Below, in pieces: positions 38,557 to 51,237 of a DNA stretch of 64,000 nt. The stretch is from Octopus vulgaris (Eukaryota), in assembly GCA_951406725.2 (NCBI GenBank), contig OX597843.1, positions 11,408,001-11,472,000 of the forward strand, given 5' to 3'. Made by a program: the position numbers and the translations under genes. Each line of letters opens with the position of its first letter. Position 1 is the first letter of the stretch. The notes beneath the pieces are model-generated. The model searched no databases, was not told the origin of the DNA, and was given only the letters and a program-made list of their open reading frames with translations.

Positions 38557-38940
38557 CTAGCAGTATCACCCGGCATTGCTCAGGTTTGTAAGGGAAATAA
38601 CTATAAAGCATTTTTAGAGAGTTATAGCCAAAAAATAGCAAAAAAATGGGGGGGAAATGATGGTAAAATTTTTTTGAGAGTTAAAAAAGGTGGAGTTGCG
38701 TCCCCTAGACGGTCTGTGGTTTGGGTTTCTGATTCTCGACCCCATGTCGAAATTATCGATCTTTTCAGAACTGGGGGAACTTTTCAAAATTTTCGCTGCG
38801 TTAGTTTTGAATTATGACATTGGGCTATGTGTGTGTCAAGTTTCATCAGAATCGGTTGAAAGCCATGGTCAGGGTGAGGGTACAAGCAAACAGACACACA
38901 GAAACACGCACAGACAAACTGCCGTTTATATAGAGAGAGA
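38557..38940 (-). mobile_element. Non-autonomous Helitron, minus strand
   Basis: a|ctagcagtatcacccggcattgctcagg is the reverse complement of the shared 3' end. Confidence 0.75.
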
Positions 38941-39270
38941 TTACACACACACACAAGCTTCTAACATTGCAGGAAAACCTTTATATTTCGGGTGCAAAGA
39001 CCCATCCTTAGAAGGAAGCAGTCCAAGAAATGTCTAGTTACATCAATTTTGTTATTTTATTTTTAAACTGCTCAGTAGTTGGAGAGTTTCTGTTCACCCA
39101 AATACTGAACAGTTTAACCCCCTTCAGCATTCAAACCAGCCATATCTGGCCTCTTATACCAACCTGACAATGTCATTCCAAAAGTAAACAACCACGTAAA
39201 ATTCTCAAAGCTATGAGATAATGCATGATTAATTGAAAACAATGTGAATAAATAAGCCTTATATTTGATA

Positions 39271-39615
39271 TTGTGAAGGCGCATGGCTCAGTGGTTAGAG
39301 CGTCGAGCTTACGATCGTGAGGTTGTGAGCTCGAATCCCGGACCGGGCTGCGTGTTGTGTTCTTGAGCAAGACACTTTATTTCACGTTGCTCCAGTTCAC
39401 TCAGCTGTAGAAATGAGTTGCGACATCACCGGTGCCAAGCTGTATCGGCCCCTTTGTCTTTCCCTTGGATAACACTGGTGCCGTGGAAGAGGGGAGGCTG
39501 GTATGCATGGGCGACTGCTGGTCTTCCATAAACAACCTTGCCCGGACTTGTGTCTAGGAGGGTAACTTTCTAGGTGCAATCCCATGGTCATTCATGACCG
39601 AAGGGGGTCTTTACC
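39271..39615 (+). mobile_element. Full-length tRNA-headed SINE (CORE/Meta-like body) with 14-bp TSD, nested in a TTAA MITE
   Basis: A box tggctcagtgg, B-box-like gctcgaatccc, TSD ccttatatttgata at 39257-39270 and 39616-39629. Relatives at about 20905-21138 (-) and 25054-25370. Confidence 0.9.
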
Positions 39616-40102
39616 CCTTATATTTGATAGAGTAATCTGAATACTAAAGGGTTAAGATAACAAAATTGATCTATGTCCCCCGTAACTTAGCGGTTCGGCA
39701 AAAGAGACCGATAGAATAAGTACTGGGCTTACAAAAGAATAAGTCCCGGGGTCGATTTGCTCGACTAAAGGCGGTGCTCCAGCATGGCCGCAGTCAAATG
39801 ACTGAAACAAGTAAAAGAGTAAAGAGAGAGAGAGAGTGTCCTTCATTTATGATCTTCTGTAAAAAAAAAAAAAAAAATGTCTAGCCATGGGGAAATATTA
39901 CCTTGCTTGAAAACAGGTGAGGGTTGGCAATAGGAAGGGCATCCAGCCATTGAAACCTTGCCAAATTCTATCTGATCCATGCAAGCATAGAAAAGTGAAT
40001 GTTATAATGGTGTACAGTCACTTGTTTTATAGGAGGATTGAATTGCTGAAACTTATGCCATTACTTGGGATTCTGCAATGCAAAACCTGCTGTTTGTTCC
40101 AG

Positions 40103-40117
40103 AAATATACCATTTCT
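40103..40117 (+). CDS. Candidate microexon, 15 nt KYTIS
   Basis: tgtttgttccag acceptor, tct|gtaagg donor, phase 0/0. Confidence 0.35.
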
Positions 40118-40537
40118 GTAAGGCAAGGGACTGCGATTTTACTCGGCTTATATGTGTATCATCATTATCATTTAACGTCTGCCTTCCATGCTGGCATGGG
40201 TGGGACGGTTTGACAAGCGGGCCAGGCAGAAGCCTGCACCAGGCTCCTGTAACTGTTTTGGCAGGATTTTTACAGCTGGATGCCCTTCCAAACACCAACC
40301 ACTCAGCAGATTGGATTTTGTGCTTTTGACATGGCACAGGCACAGGCGAGATCAGTTTTGGCAAGGCTTTTACAGCTGGATGCCCTTTCCAACACCAACC
40401 ACTATATAGTGTGGACTGGGTGCTTTTAAGTGGCACCCTACACTGACAGGGTTACCAAGTACTTACAAGACAAAAAAAACTCTTTTGAGAGGGGGGCGTT
40501 GGAGGAGGTGATCTTGTGTCAGGTGATGAAATATATA

Positions 40538-40785
40538 CAGGGTGTTCAAAAATTCTCTCCGCAGTAAGTATTTTATTGCAAAATATATATTTATAAGATG
40601 GTATAAGACTACAAAAGAATATATTAAACTTTACAAGACTTTAAAAAAAAACTTTATAAGAGGTGTTGAAAGTGTCGTCCTTCATTTTCAAAATATAAGT
40701 TGACTCTTCTACACGTTTTGAAATGCATCTCAGAGAGTCAGGGTGAAATTAAAATTCACTGCTGAGAGACTTTTTGAACACCCTG
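40538..40785. mobile_element. Tc1/mariner-type MITE
   Basis: ta-cagggtgttcaaaaa...tttttgaacaccctg-ta TIRs with TA target duplication. Confidence 0.85.
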
Positions 40786-41062
40786 TATAATCAGAGAGAG
40801 AGAAGCGGGGAAGATGGTGGGCTTTTAGTTTCCATCTACCAAATCCACTTTGTCAAAGGCTTCAGTCAGTTGGTCAGCCTGGGGCTATAGTAGACTCATG
40901 CCTAAGGTGGTACACAGTGTGACTAAACCCAAAACTTTGATAACCATACATGTGTGTGTGTGTGTGTGTATTATGTGACTTAATAGTGGTTTTTGACTTT
41001 TGAATTATTTTTTTTTACACTTAAATTTAATTATTCATTCTTCCCTCGTGGTTCTACCAAAG

Positions 41063-41146
41063 CCTTGTAGCAGTAGTAATAGTAGTAGCCATGATAGCAG
41101 CAGTATTAGTAGTAGCCATGGTAGCAGCAGTTTAACCCATATTTTA
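41063..41146 (+). CDS. Candidate Ser-rich cassette exon, 84 nt PCSSSNSSSHDSSSISSSHGSSSLTHIL
   Basis: U-rich tract, ccaaag acceptor, tta|gtaaac donor. The AGC/AGT repeat reads as stop-free poly-Ser in phase 0. Confidence 0.4.
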
Positions 41147-43026
41147 GTAAACTCGAGTTACTGTTAAAGATCTAAATATTGCGTTCTTTTGCTGTGCGGT
41201 TTTTACTTGTATCACTGTGTATATGTATGTATATATTAGTGGACATACGTGTGTGTGTGTGCATTGTATATCTATATGTATTTCTATATACCAGAGTAAG
41301 TACATAAATGTGAAACAAGGTGGAAAAAATAGTACTCGAATACCAGAGGTAGAGTAATATGCTTTATTATTAACCCTTTCGTTACTATATTTCTGACCAA
41401 AATATACCCCTTATGTGTTTCAATTAATTTCTAACGTAATCATAAATTTAGTCTGGTTTCATTAAACAATTATAACTTTTTTATTTATCAATATATTAAC
41501 GTGATTTTTGGAAGATAATTTAATGAAATGTTCTCAACCAATTCTATACTATAATTTTTGTCACAAAGTGACTCTAATTGCAGGTAGATACAGGTAAATT
41601 CAACAAAATATAAAATTATTAAAATTTTGTTCAAACATCGCTATAGAAAATGGCACCTGTGCAGGTGGCACATAAAAAGCACCCACTACACTCACGGAGT
41701 GGTTGGCGTTAGGAAGGGCATCCAGCCATAGAAACACTGCCAGATCAGACTGGGCCTGGTGCAGCCTTCTGGCTTCCCAGACCCCAGTTGAACCGTCCAA
41801 CCCATGCTAGCATGGAAAGCACCCACTATACTCACGGAGTGGTTGGTGCTAGGAAGGGCATCCAGCTGTAGAAACCCTGCCAGATCAGACTGGAGTCTGG
41901 TGCAGCCTTCTGGCTTCCCAGATCCCAGTTGAACCGTCCAACCCATGCTAGCATGGAAAGCGGACGCTAAACGATGATGATGATGATGAATACATTCATC
42001 TCATTGCTTGCTTTTAGTTCGAAACCCTTTCCTTTTGGTTTAGAAAGCTTTAAGATAGAGGGAGGTATTGGGGAGAGGAACAGGCAGTGTGTCATTGGTG
42101 AGTAAATTTAACCCTTCAGCACCCACAGGGCTCTGAAAAAATATAATGATTCTTTATTCATGTTGTTTTTGAGTTTACCCTGCATTGTTCTGTAGCTTTT
42201 GAGATTTCAATGATGTGATTATATATTTTCAGTATGACATTGTCGGGTAGGTATAAGAGGCTGGATCTGGCCAGTGATTTCAAATTACACACGCACGTGT
42301 ACATAAACTTTTTTTTTTTTTTCCATACTGCAAATAGTGAAATTGTCGTGAGCGATGCTGACATCACGTAACTGGCACCTGTTTTGGTGGCACAAAAAGC
42401 ATCTTTCAAGCATTGGGCCTCACGGAGGCAAGATGCCCAATGTTGGTGGCACATCAAAAGCAACTTTAGAGTGTTGTGCCTCATGGAGGCAATGACAAAT
42501 GACCAAAAGTGGCTGTGTGTAAGTAGCTTGCTAACCAACCACATGGTTCCGGGTTCAGTCCCACTGTGTGGCATCTTGGGCAAGTGTCTTCTACTTTAGC
42601 CCCGGGCCGACCAATGCCTTGTGAGTGGATTTGGTAGATGGAAACTGAAAGAAGCCTGTCGTATATATATGTATATGTATGTTTGTGTGTCTGTGTTTGT
42701 CCCCCTAGCATTGCTTGACAACCGATGCTGGTGTGTTTATATCCCTGTCACTTAGAGACCGATAGAATAAGTACTAGGCTTACAAAGAATAAGTCCCGGG
42801 GTCGATTTGCTCGACTAAAGGCGGTGCTCCAGCATGGCCGCAGTCAAATGACTGAAACAAGTAAAAGAGTAAATTGAAGGTGTTTGAGCTGAGGAAGATT
42901 TGGCTGCTGTTTTACTGTTTATTTCAAATTAAGGACTATGCAGAGCGGCAATGCTTTACAAGCGTCAATTGGTAGCCATAATCTATATAGAAACTCTTGC
43001 ATGTACGTGTGTCTGTATATGTAGCT

Positions 43027-45533
43027 TAACCCTTTAGCATCCAGATTATCCTGTCAAATGTAATGCTTAATAATTCATTTTGTTTTGAATTAATCCTGCA
43101 TTATCTCATAGTTTTGAGATTTCAATGATGAGATTGTTTATTTTTAGAATGACATTGTAGGGTAGGTGTGATAGGCTGGATCTGGCCTTGTTTTGAATTA
43201 ATCATGCATTATCTCATAGTTTTGAGATTTCAATGATGAGATTGTATATTTTAAGAATGACATTATAGGGTAGGTGTGAGAAGCTGGATCTGGCCTTGTT
43301 TTGAATTAATCATGCATTATCTCATAGTTTTGAGATTTCAATGATGTGATTGTTTATTTTTAGAATGACATTGTAGGGTAGGTGTGAGAGGCTGGATCTG
43401 GCCTTGTTTTGAATTAATCATGCATTATCTCATAGTTTTGAGATTTCAATGATGAGATTGTATATTTTTAGAATGACATTGTAGGGTAGAGAGGCTGGAT
43501 CTGGCCTTGTTTTGAATTAATCATGCATTATCTCATAGCTTTGAGATTTCAATGAGGAGATTGTATATTTTAAGAATGACATTGTAGGGTAGGTGTGAGA
43601 AGCTGGATCTGGCCTTGTTTTGAATTAATCATGCATTATCTCATAGCTTTGAGATTTCAATGATGTGATTGTTTATTTTAGAATGACATTGTAGGGTAGG
43701 TGTGAGAAGCTGGATCTGGCCTTGTTTTGAATTAATCATGCATTATCTCATAGCTTTGAGATTTCAATGATGAGATTGTATATTTTTAGAATGACATTGT
43801 AGGGTAGGTGTGAGAGGCTGGATCTGGCCTTGTTTTGAATTAATCATGCATTATCTCATAGCTTTGAGATTTCAATGATGAGATTGTATATTTTTAGAAT
43901 GACATTGTAGGGTAGGTGTGAGAGGCTGGATCTGGCCTTGTTTTGAATTAATCATGCATTATCTCATAGCTTTGAGATTTCAATGATGTGATTGTTTATT
44001 TTTAGAATGACATTATAGGGTAGGTGTGAGAGAGCTGGATCTGGCCTTGTTTTGAATTAATCATGCATTATCTCATAGCTTTGTGATTTCAATGATGAGA
44101 TTGTTTATTTTTAGAATGACATTGTAGGGTAGGTGTGAGAGGCTGGATCTGGCCTTGTTTTGAATTAATCATGCATTATCTCATAGCTTTGAGATTTCAA
44201 TGATGAGATTGTATATTTTAAGAATGACATTGTAGGGTAGGTGTGAGAGGCTGGATCTGGCCTTGTTTTGAATTAATCATGCATTATCTCATAGTTTTGA
44301 GATTTCAATGATGAGATTGTATATTTTAAGAATGACATTGTAGGGTAGGTGTGAGAGGCTGGATCTGGCCTTGTTTTGAATTAATCATGCATTATCTCAT
44401 AGCTTTGAGATTTCAATGATGAGATTGTATATTTTTAGAATGACATTGTAGGGTAGGTGTGAGAGGCTGGATCTGGCCTTGTTTTGAATTAATCATGCAT
44501 TATCTCATAGCTTTGAGATTTCAATGATGAGATTGTATATTTTAAGAATGACATTATAGGGTAGGTGTGAGAAGCTGGATCTGGCCTTGTTTTGAATTAA
44601 TCATGCATTATCTCATAGCTTTGAGATTTCAATGATGAGATTGTATATTTTAAGAATGACATTGTAGGGTAGGTGTGAGAGGCTGGATCTGGCCTTGTTT
44701 TGAATTAATCATGCATTATCTCATAGTTTTGAGATTTCAATGATGAGATTGTATATTTTAAGAATGACATTATAGGGTAGGTGTGAGAAGCTGGATCTGG
44801 CCTTGTTTTGAATTAATCATGCATTATCTCATAGCTTTGAGATTTCAATGATGTGATTGTTTATTTTTAGAATGACATTGTAGGGTAGGTGTGAGAAGCT
44901 GGATCTGGCCTTGTTTTGAATTAATCATGCATTATCTCATAGTTTTGAGATTTCAATGATGAGATTGTATATTTTAAGAATGACATTGTAGGGTAGGTGT
45001 GAGAGGCTGGATCTGGCCTTTGTTTTGAATTAATCATGCATTATCTCATAGTTTTGAGATTTCAATGATGAGATTGTATATTTTTAGAATGACATTGTAG
45101 GGTAGGTGTGATAGGCTGGATCTGGCCCTTGTTTTGAATTAATCGTGCATTATCTCATAGTTTTGAGATTTCAATGATGTGATTGTTTATTTTAAGAATG
45201 ACATTGTAGGGTAGGTGTGATAAGCTGGATCTGGCCTTGTTTTGAATTAATCATGCATTATCTCATAGCTTTGTGATTTCAATGATGTGATTGTTTATTT
45301 CTAGTATGACATTTTAGCATTGAGGTTCCTCCCTCAAATGTAATGCTTATTTATTGACATTGTTTTGAATTAATCATGCTTTTGCTTTCTGTGCTGAAAT
45401 TTCGATGATGTGCTTGTTTATTTTTATATGATATTGTAAGGTAGGTGTGAGAAGCCAGATCTGGCCAATTTGAACATAAAACAGGTAAAATGCTTAGGCC
45501 AGGTATGGCTGGTTTTACATGCTAAGTGGTTAA
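43027..45533. repeat. TTAA MITE with internal 90-bp unit amplified about 25 times
   Basis: MITE left end at 43027, unit ttgttttgaattaatcatgcattatctcatag...ggatctggcc repeated over about 43080-45300. Confidence 0.95.
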
Positions 45534-47433
45534 ATCTTTTAGCATTCAGATTCCTCTGTCAAACGTAATGCTTATTTATCCACATTGTTTTGAATTAATC
45601 ATGCATTATCTTGTACCTTTGGGATTTCAGTGGGGTGTTTTTATATAGTTGTAGAATGGCATTGCAGGGTAGGTGTGAGATCTGGCTGGTTTCACCTCAA
45701 ACAGGGTGAATATTCAGGTTGGAACAAGGCCAGTTTAACCCTTTCATTACCAACCTGGTTGAAACCGGCTCTGGTTTTGTAGTAAAAATGTCTTGTTTTC
45801 ATAAGTTTTGAATTAAAATCTTCCACCAAACCTTAGTCACAATTTATGTTGCTAACACTAGCTTAATGATAACTAAGTTATTTTACTAAATTCTTTGTAA
45901 TATTTAAAATTAATTGAGAGAAACACAGAGCATCTCAACAGAAATATGGTAACAAAAGGGTTAAAGTCACCATGATATTTTTAACCCTTTCGTTACCAAC
46001 CCGGCTGAAACCACCTCTGGCACTGTAGTACAAATGTCTTGTTTTCATAAGTTCTGAATTAAAATCTTCCACCAAACGTCAGTCACAATTTATGTTCCTA
46101 ACACTAGCTGAATGATAACTTAGTTATTTTACTAAGTTCCTTGTTATATTTAAAGTAATTGAAAGAAACACAGAGCATCTCAAAATGAATACAGTAACGA
46201 AAGGGTTAAATGCTAAAGGGGGAAAATTAAGTACTTGGAGCTAATGATTGATGAAGCATGCTCCTGCATGGCCATGGTGCAGTGACTGAATCTAGTAATA
46301 ATGTGAAAAGCTTGAAGAGTTTGAGTTCTATGCAAGCGGTCAGTTCTCTGTTTCGTTTTGATTTTTGTTTTCCATGCTTGCATGACTCACACAAGACTAT
46401 TGAACCAATTCCAATAACCAGATGCTGTTCTTATTACCGACCTTCACCTGTTTCCAAGCAAGGGGATAATCTGCCTGGACATGCTTTCACGGTGGATTCC
46501 AAACACAACACCATTCGTATGAACAGAGACTCTTTTGTTTACAGTCACCATGCATATTACTAAGGAACAACCGTTCGTGGCCATTTGCCAGCCCTGTCTG
46601 GCCCCCGTGTCGGTGGCATGTAAAAGCACCATCCGTTCGTGTCAGTTGCCAGCCTCGCCTGGCCCCCGTGCCGGTGACACGTAAAAGCACCATCCGTTCG
46701 TGGTCGTTTGCCAGCTCTGTCTGGCACCTGTGCGGGTGGCACGTAAAAAGCACCCACTACACTCACGGAGTGGTTGGCGTTAGGAAGGGCATCCAGCCGT
46801 AGAAACACTGCCAGATCTGACTGGGCCTGATGAAGCCTTCCAGCTTCACAGACCCCAGTTGAACCGTCCAACCCATGCTAGCATGGAGAACGGACGCTAA
46901 ATGATGATGATGATGATGATGATGAAACTTGTCCACTCGGCTGGACGGTTGGTGTTAGGAAGGGCATTCAGCTGTAAAAACCATGCTAAAACTGGTGCAG
47001 ACTCTGCCTGGTCAGCTCCTGTCAAACAGGCCATGGAAAAAGTATTAGCTTGCTTGGAAATGGAGTTGGTGAGAGGAAGAGCATCCAGCTGTAGAAAATT
47101 TGCCTCAACTAGTTCCTTCTGACCCATGCAAGCATATGGAAACACGGGACATCAAAGCAATGCTGCTGAAGGTGTGCAAACACACACTTTTAATAGTTTC
47201 AGGCATCTAAGTGTTGCACACACACACATACACACATATATATATATATATATATATAGGCGCAGGAGTGGTTGTGTGGTAAGTAGCTTGTTTACCAACC
47301 ACACGGTTCCGGGTTCAGTCCCACTGCGTGGCACCTGAGGCAAGTGTCTTCTGCTATAGCCTCGGGCCGACTAATGCCTTGTGAGTGGATTTGGTAGACG
47401 GAAACTGAAAGAAGCACATCGTATGTATGTGTG

Positions 47434-47470
<37 letters not shown>

Positions 47471-49138
47471 GCATGTTTGTGTGTCTGTGTTTGTCCCCCT
47501 AACATTGCTTGACAACCGATGCTGGTGTGTTTATGTCCCCATTACTTAGCGTTTCGGCAAAAGAGACCGATAGAATAAGTACTGGGCTTACAAAAGAAGA
47601 AGTCCTGGGGTCGAGTTGCTCGATTAAAGGCGGTGCTCCAGCATGGCCGCAGTCAAATGACTGAAACAAGTAAAAGAGTATATATATATGATGGCTGCCC
47701 CCTCGATATCAAGTATGGCCATTGCACGAAGCTTAACTATTATTGGTGCTGTGATCAAACGTGACTTTTTAGTCCAGCCAAAGATCTACAATGTCTTGTA
47801 CAAAATTGGCAGCTAAAACCTTTACTGGTAATAGCCGGCTGTAGTTGTAACTGGGCTTCATGTACCTTTGCATGTCGTTTAAGTCCTCCTGCCGAATTAC
47901 ACTCTCTTCCACATGCCTGACAGGTATGATTAGTATGGTGGACGTTAAATGATGATGATGATCACATGAAATGCCTGTATTTATAAAGCTGGCATTATCA
48001 TTTAATGTTTGTCTTCCGTGCTGGTGTTGGTCAGATGGTTTCTCAGAATCCGACGAGCCAGGTGACTGTGCCAAGCTCCAGTGTATGCTCTGGCTTGGTT
48101 TCTCCAGCTTGATGCCCTTCCTAATGCCAACCACTTTACAGAGTGTACTGGGTCCTTTTTCCGTGGCACCAGCTGTAGGGAGGTTGCCAAATAAATTGCT
48201 GGTCAAGATTGCTCAACATTAGAGGTTTAATATTGGTAGAGGTGGTTTTAATGCTTCGTGTTGAGGGTTTGATGTATGATTGGAGAGAAACTGTTGCTAT
48301 AGAGATGCATGGCTACCCCCAGCTGGAAAGGGAGATGGTGAGGATATATCCTTAAGGTACAAAGTCTGCGGCGAGCTGGCAGAAACGTTAGCGCGCCGGG
48401 CAAAATGATTAGCTGAGTTTGACTTTGCTTTCATCCTTTCGGGGTCGATAAATTGAGTACCAGTTACACACTGGGGTCAATATAATCGACTTAATCCGTT
48501 TGTCTGTCTTTGTTTGTCCTTTCTGTGTTTAGCCCCTTGTGGGTAGTAAAGAAATAGGTACAAAGTCAATATAAAAGGGGGAAAGAGAGAATAGGGATAG
48601 TGGATCAGGAAGGGTTGGTAGTCTGCAAGAATGTGAGAAGTGACAGATGGTTAGAGATGGGGGTGGGGAGGTGCAGTTTCCTTTTAATGCCCACTTTTCT
48701 ATAGGTCAGCTAAAATTAGTTGAAGTAGATTTTCTATGGCTGGGTGCCCTTCCTGTCACTACCCCTCACCTGTTTCCAAACAAGGTAATATTTTGCCATG
48801 GAAAATTGGAAACGAATTAAGCTTGTTTACAATGATGCCGAGACAAAGGGTGAGGTGGGGATATACACACAACGGGCCTTTTGTTCCCAGCTATCAAATT
48901 ACACTTAAAACATTGGTCAACTCGTGGCTATCTTAGAAGTCAGTGTCCATGCAATAGAAGCACACAGCAAACCCTGCAATTCCAAAGCAAAATCAAAAAG
49001 GCCCAATTGTTATCCTTGTGCATTTAGAGGAGGATTAGCCTTTATCTTTCTCTCTTACACTGAGTTTATGAACTACAGGTAAATTAATGCTAATTATATA
49101 TTAATCATGTCTCCTTTCTTTTGTTTCATGAACCAAAG

Positions 49139-49262
49139 CACCTCATGCCCATGGCCCAGGGGACGAGGTTGATGACTCAAACAACAGTCCCAATCGTTCC
49201 GACTTCTCATCCTGGCAACATGGAACAGACTGGTAACCCTCAGCATTCAGCGCCGTTATATG
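49139..49262 (+). CDS. ATXN2: Ataxin-2 coding exon (phase 0 to 1), HLMPMAQGTRLMTQTT...HSAPLY
   Basis: Pyrimidine tract plus ccaaag acceptor, g|gtaagc donor. QGTRLM resembles ATXN2 QGNARMM and the phase fits both neighbours. Confidence 0.85.
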
Positions 49263-50373
49263 GTAAGCTAATATTCAACTATTCTTTGGTTTTGTATTTA
49301 TTCTCTGTGTGTGTTCAGATATTTGTCTTCGTTCATTTTCATGTTGGATTCTCCCTGCTGATATGCAAGTTTGAAAACCTGTAAACAGCAAAGGCGCTTA
49401 CACAATACAAGAACTTTTCAAAAGATTTGTGTGCGTTTTATATAAGTGTGTGTACATACTTTAAAGTGGTTGCTGTTTGGGAGGGCATCCAGCTGTAAAA
49501 CTCATGCCAAAACTGGGGTTGCCTGTGCTGGTGCCACATAAGAAGCACTGTCCACTCTGCAGAGTGGATGGTCGTTAGGAAGGGCATCCAGTCATAAAAA
49601 AAATCATCCCCAGAACAGAAGTCTGGTGCCTTCCAACCACATTTTCAATTTCAGTCCCACGACATGGCACCTCGGGTAAGTGTCTTCTGCTATAGTACCG
49701 GGCCTGCTAAAGTTTTGGAGTGGTTGGAGATCACGCGGTCGTTAGCCTCAAATCGCCAGGCCTGGTCTCAGCGTTTGTGAGAGATGCAGCATTGAGGATG
49801 AATGAAGCCAGTTCAACCCACCCCGGGTGAATGCTGTAAGAAGAAGAAGAAGAAGAAGCCTGCTAAAGTCTTGTGTGCAACTTTAGATGGAAACTGAACG
49901 AAGCTCGTCATGTATGTTTGGGTCCCTTTGTCTCAACATCACATGATAGTCGTAAATGAGTGTCCCTGTCATACAAGCAGTGTTGTTCATTTCCAATAAT
50001 CTGCGCAAGCATGTCTGGTCAATGGAAATATTACCTGGCTTGGAAACAGGTGAGGGTTGGCAGCAGGTAAGATATCCAGCCATGGAAATGGCTCAGGAAT
50101 ACAAGGGCAGAGACAAGCTGTGGCCCAGGTGGGGTGGAGAGCAATCATCACTAGTTTTGTCTGGTTCTATACTCTCTTTTACACTTTACTCTTTCACTTG
50201 TTTCAGTCATTCGACTGCGGCCATGCTGGAGCACCGCCTTTTAATCGAGCAAATCGACCCCGGGACTTATTTTTTGTAAGCCCAGTACTTATTTTATCGG
50301 TCTCTTTTGCCGAGCCGCTAAGTGACGGGGACATAAAACACCAGCATCGGTTGACATAGGGGGACACACACAG

Positions 50374-50435
<62 letters not shown>

Positions 50436-50664
50436 GACGGGCTTCTTTCAGTTTCCATCTACCAAATCCACTCACAAGGCTATAGTAGAAGACACTTGCC
50501 CAAGATGTCACGCAGTGGGACTGAACCCGGAACCATGTGGTTGGTTAGCAAACTACTTACCACACAGCCACTCCTGCGCTATCTCTACCTTTTATTTTTA
50601 TTATTTTTTTTTATGTTTTGAATGTCTTTTAATTGTCATTTTTTTTTGTCATTTATTCTTGAAG

Positions 50665-51237
50665 TTCCGACGCCACATGTACAACATCACCCCAACCATC
50701 CTCCGTTGCCTCATCCGACACAGACACACATGGGCCACCATCCAGGAGGTGGTCACTCTCAAGGCAACCAAATGAACACTCAGGGAAGCGGTCATCCAGC
50801 CCCTAGTCCAGTCCAAACTCAAGGGCCGTCGTCTCAGCAGGGCCAGCACCCACAGCATCCACCAAGCTCTGGGACGCCACAACCACAGCCACCCATGAAC
50901 TTCCAAACGATGGGTATCCAGGGACACCCGCCGCTGCAGGGAAGCCCCCACAACCCGACATCCCCGCCCAGTGTCCACCCGGCGTCGCTGTCGTACCCTA
51001 TAACCCCGCACTCGCATATGCAGGCGACCGGTGCTCAAATCTCTGTGCCCGCTGGTGCTCAGGGGCACCCACAGACTTCGGTTACGCACTCACAGATGCA
51101 TAGCCACTCCCACAACACTCATATACCACCCCAACCTTTAGTTATGATGCCCCCAACAGCACATCCTCACACAACTCAACATATGCAGCCTCAACAAGTA
51201 CAGCCTGGACATCATTTTCAGGGACATCCCATGCACG
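50665..51237 (+). CDS. ATXN2: Ataxin-2 large H/P/Q-rich exon (phase 1 to 1, 573 nt)
   Basis: ttcttgaag acceptor, g|gtgagt donor. Contains SGHPAPSPVQ, matching the conserved ATXN2 SHPAPSPVQ. Confidence 0.95.

Noticed and set aside
39271-39350. Possible tRNA gene
   Set aside because: It is the head of a TSD-flanked SINE, with no proper acceptor stem or poly-T terminator.
50649-51089. 146-aa antisense ORF
   Set aside because: Shadow of the GC-rich Ataxin-2 exon on the plus strand.
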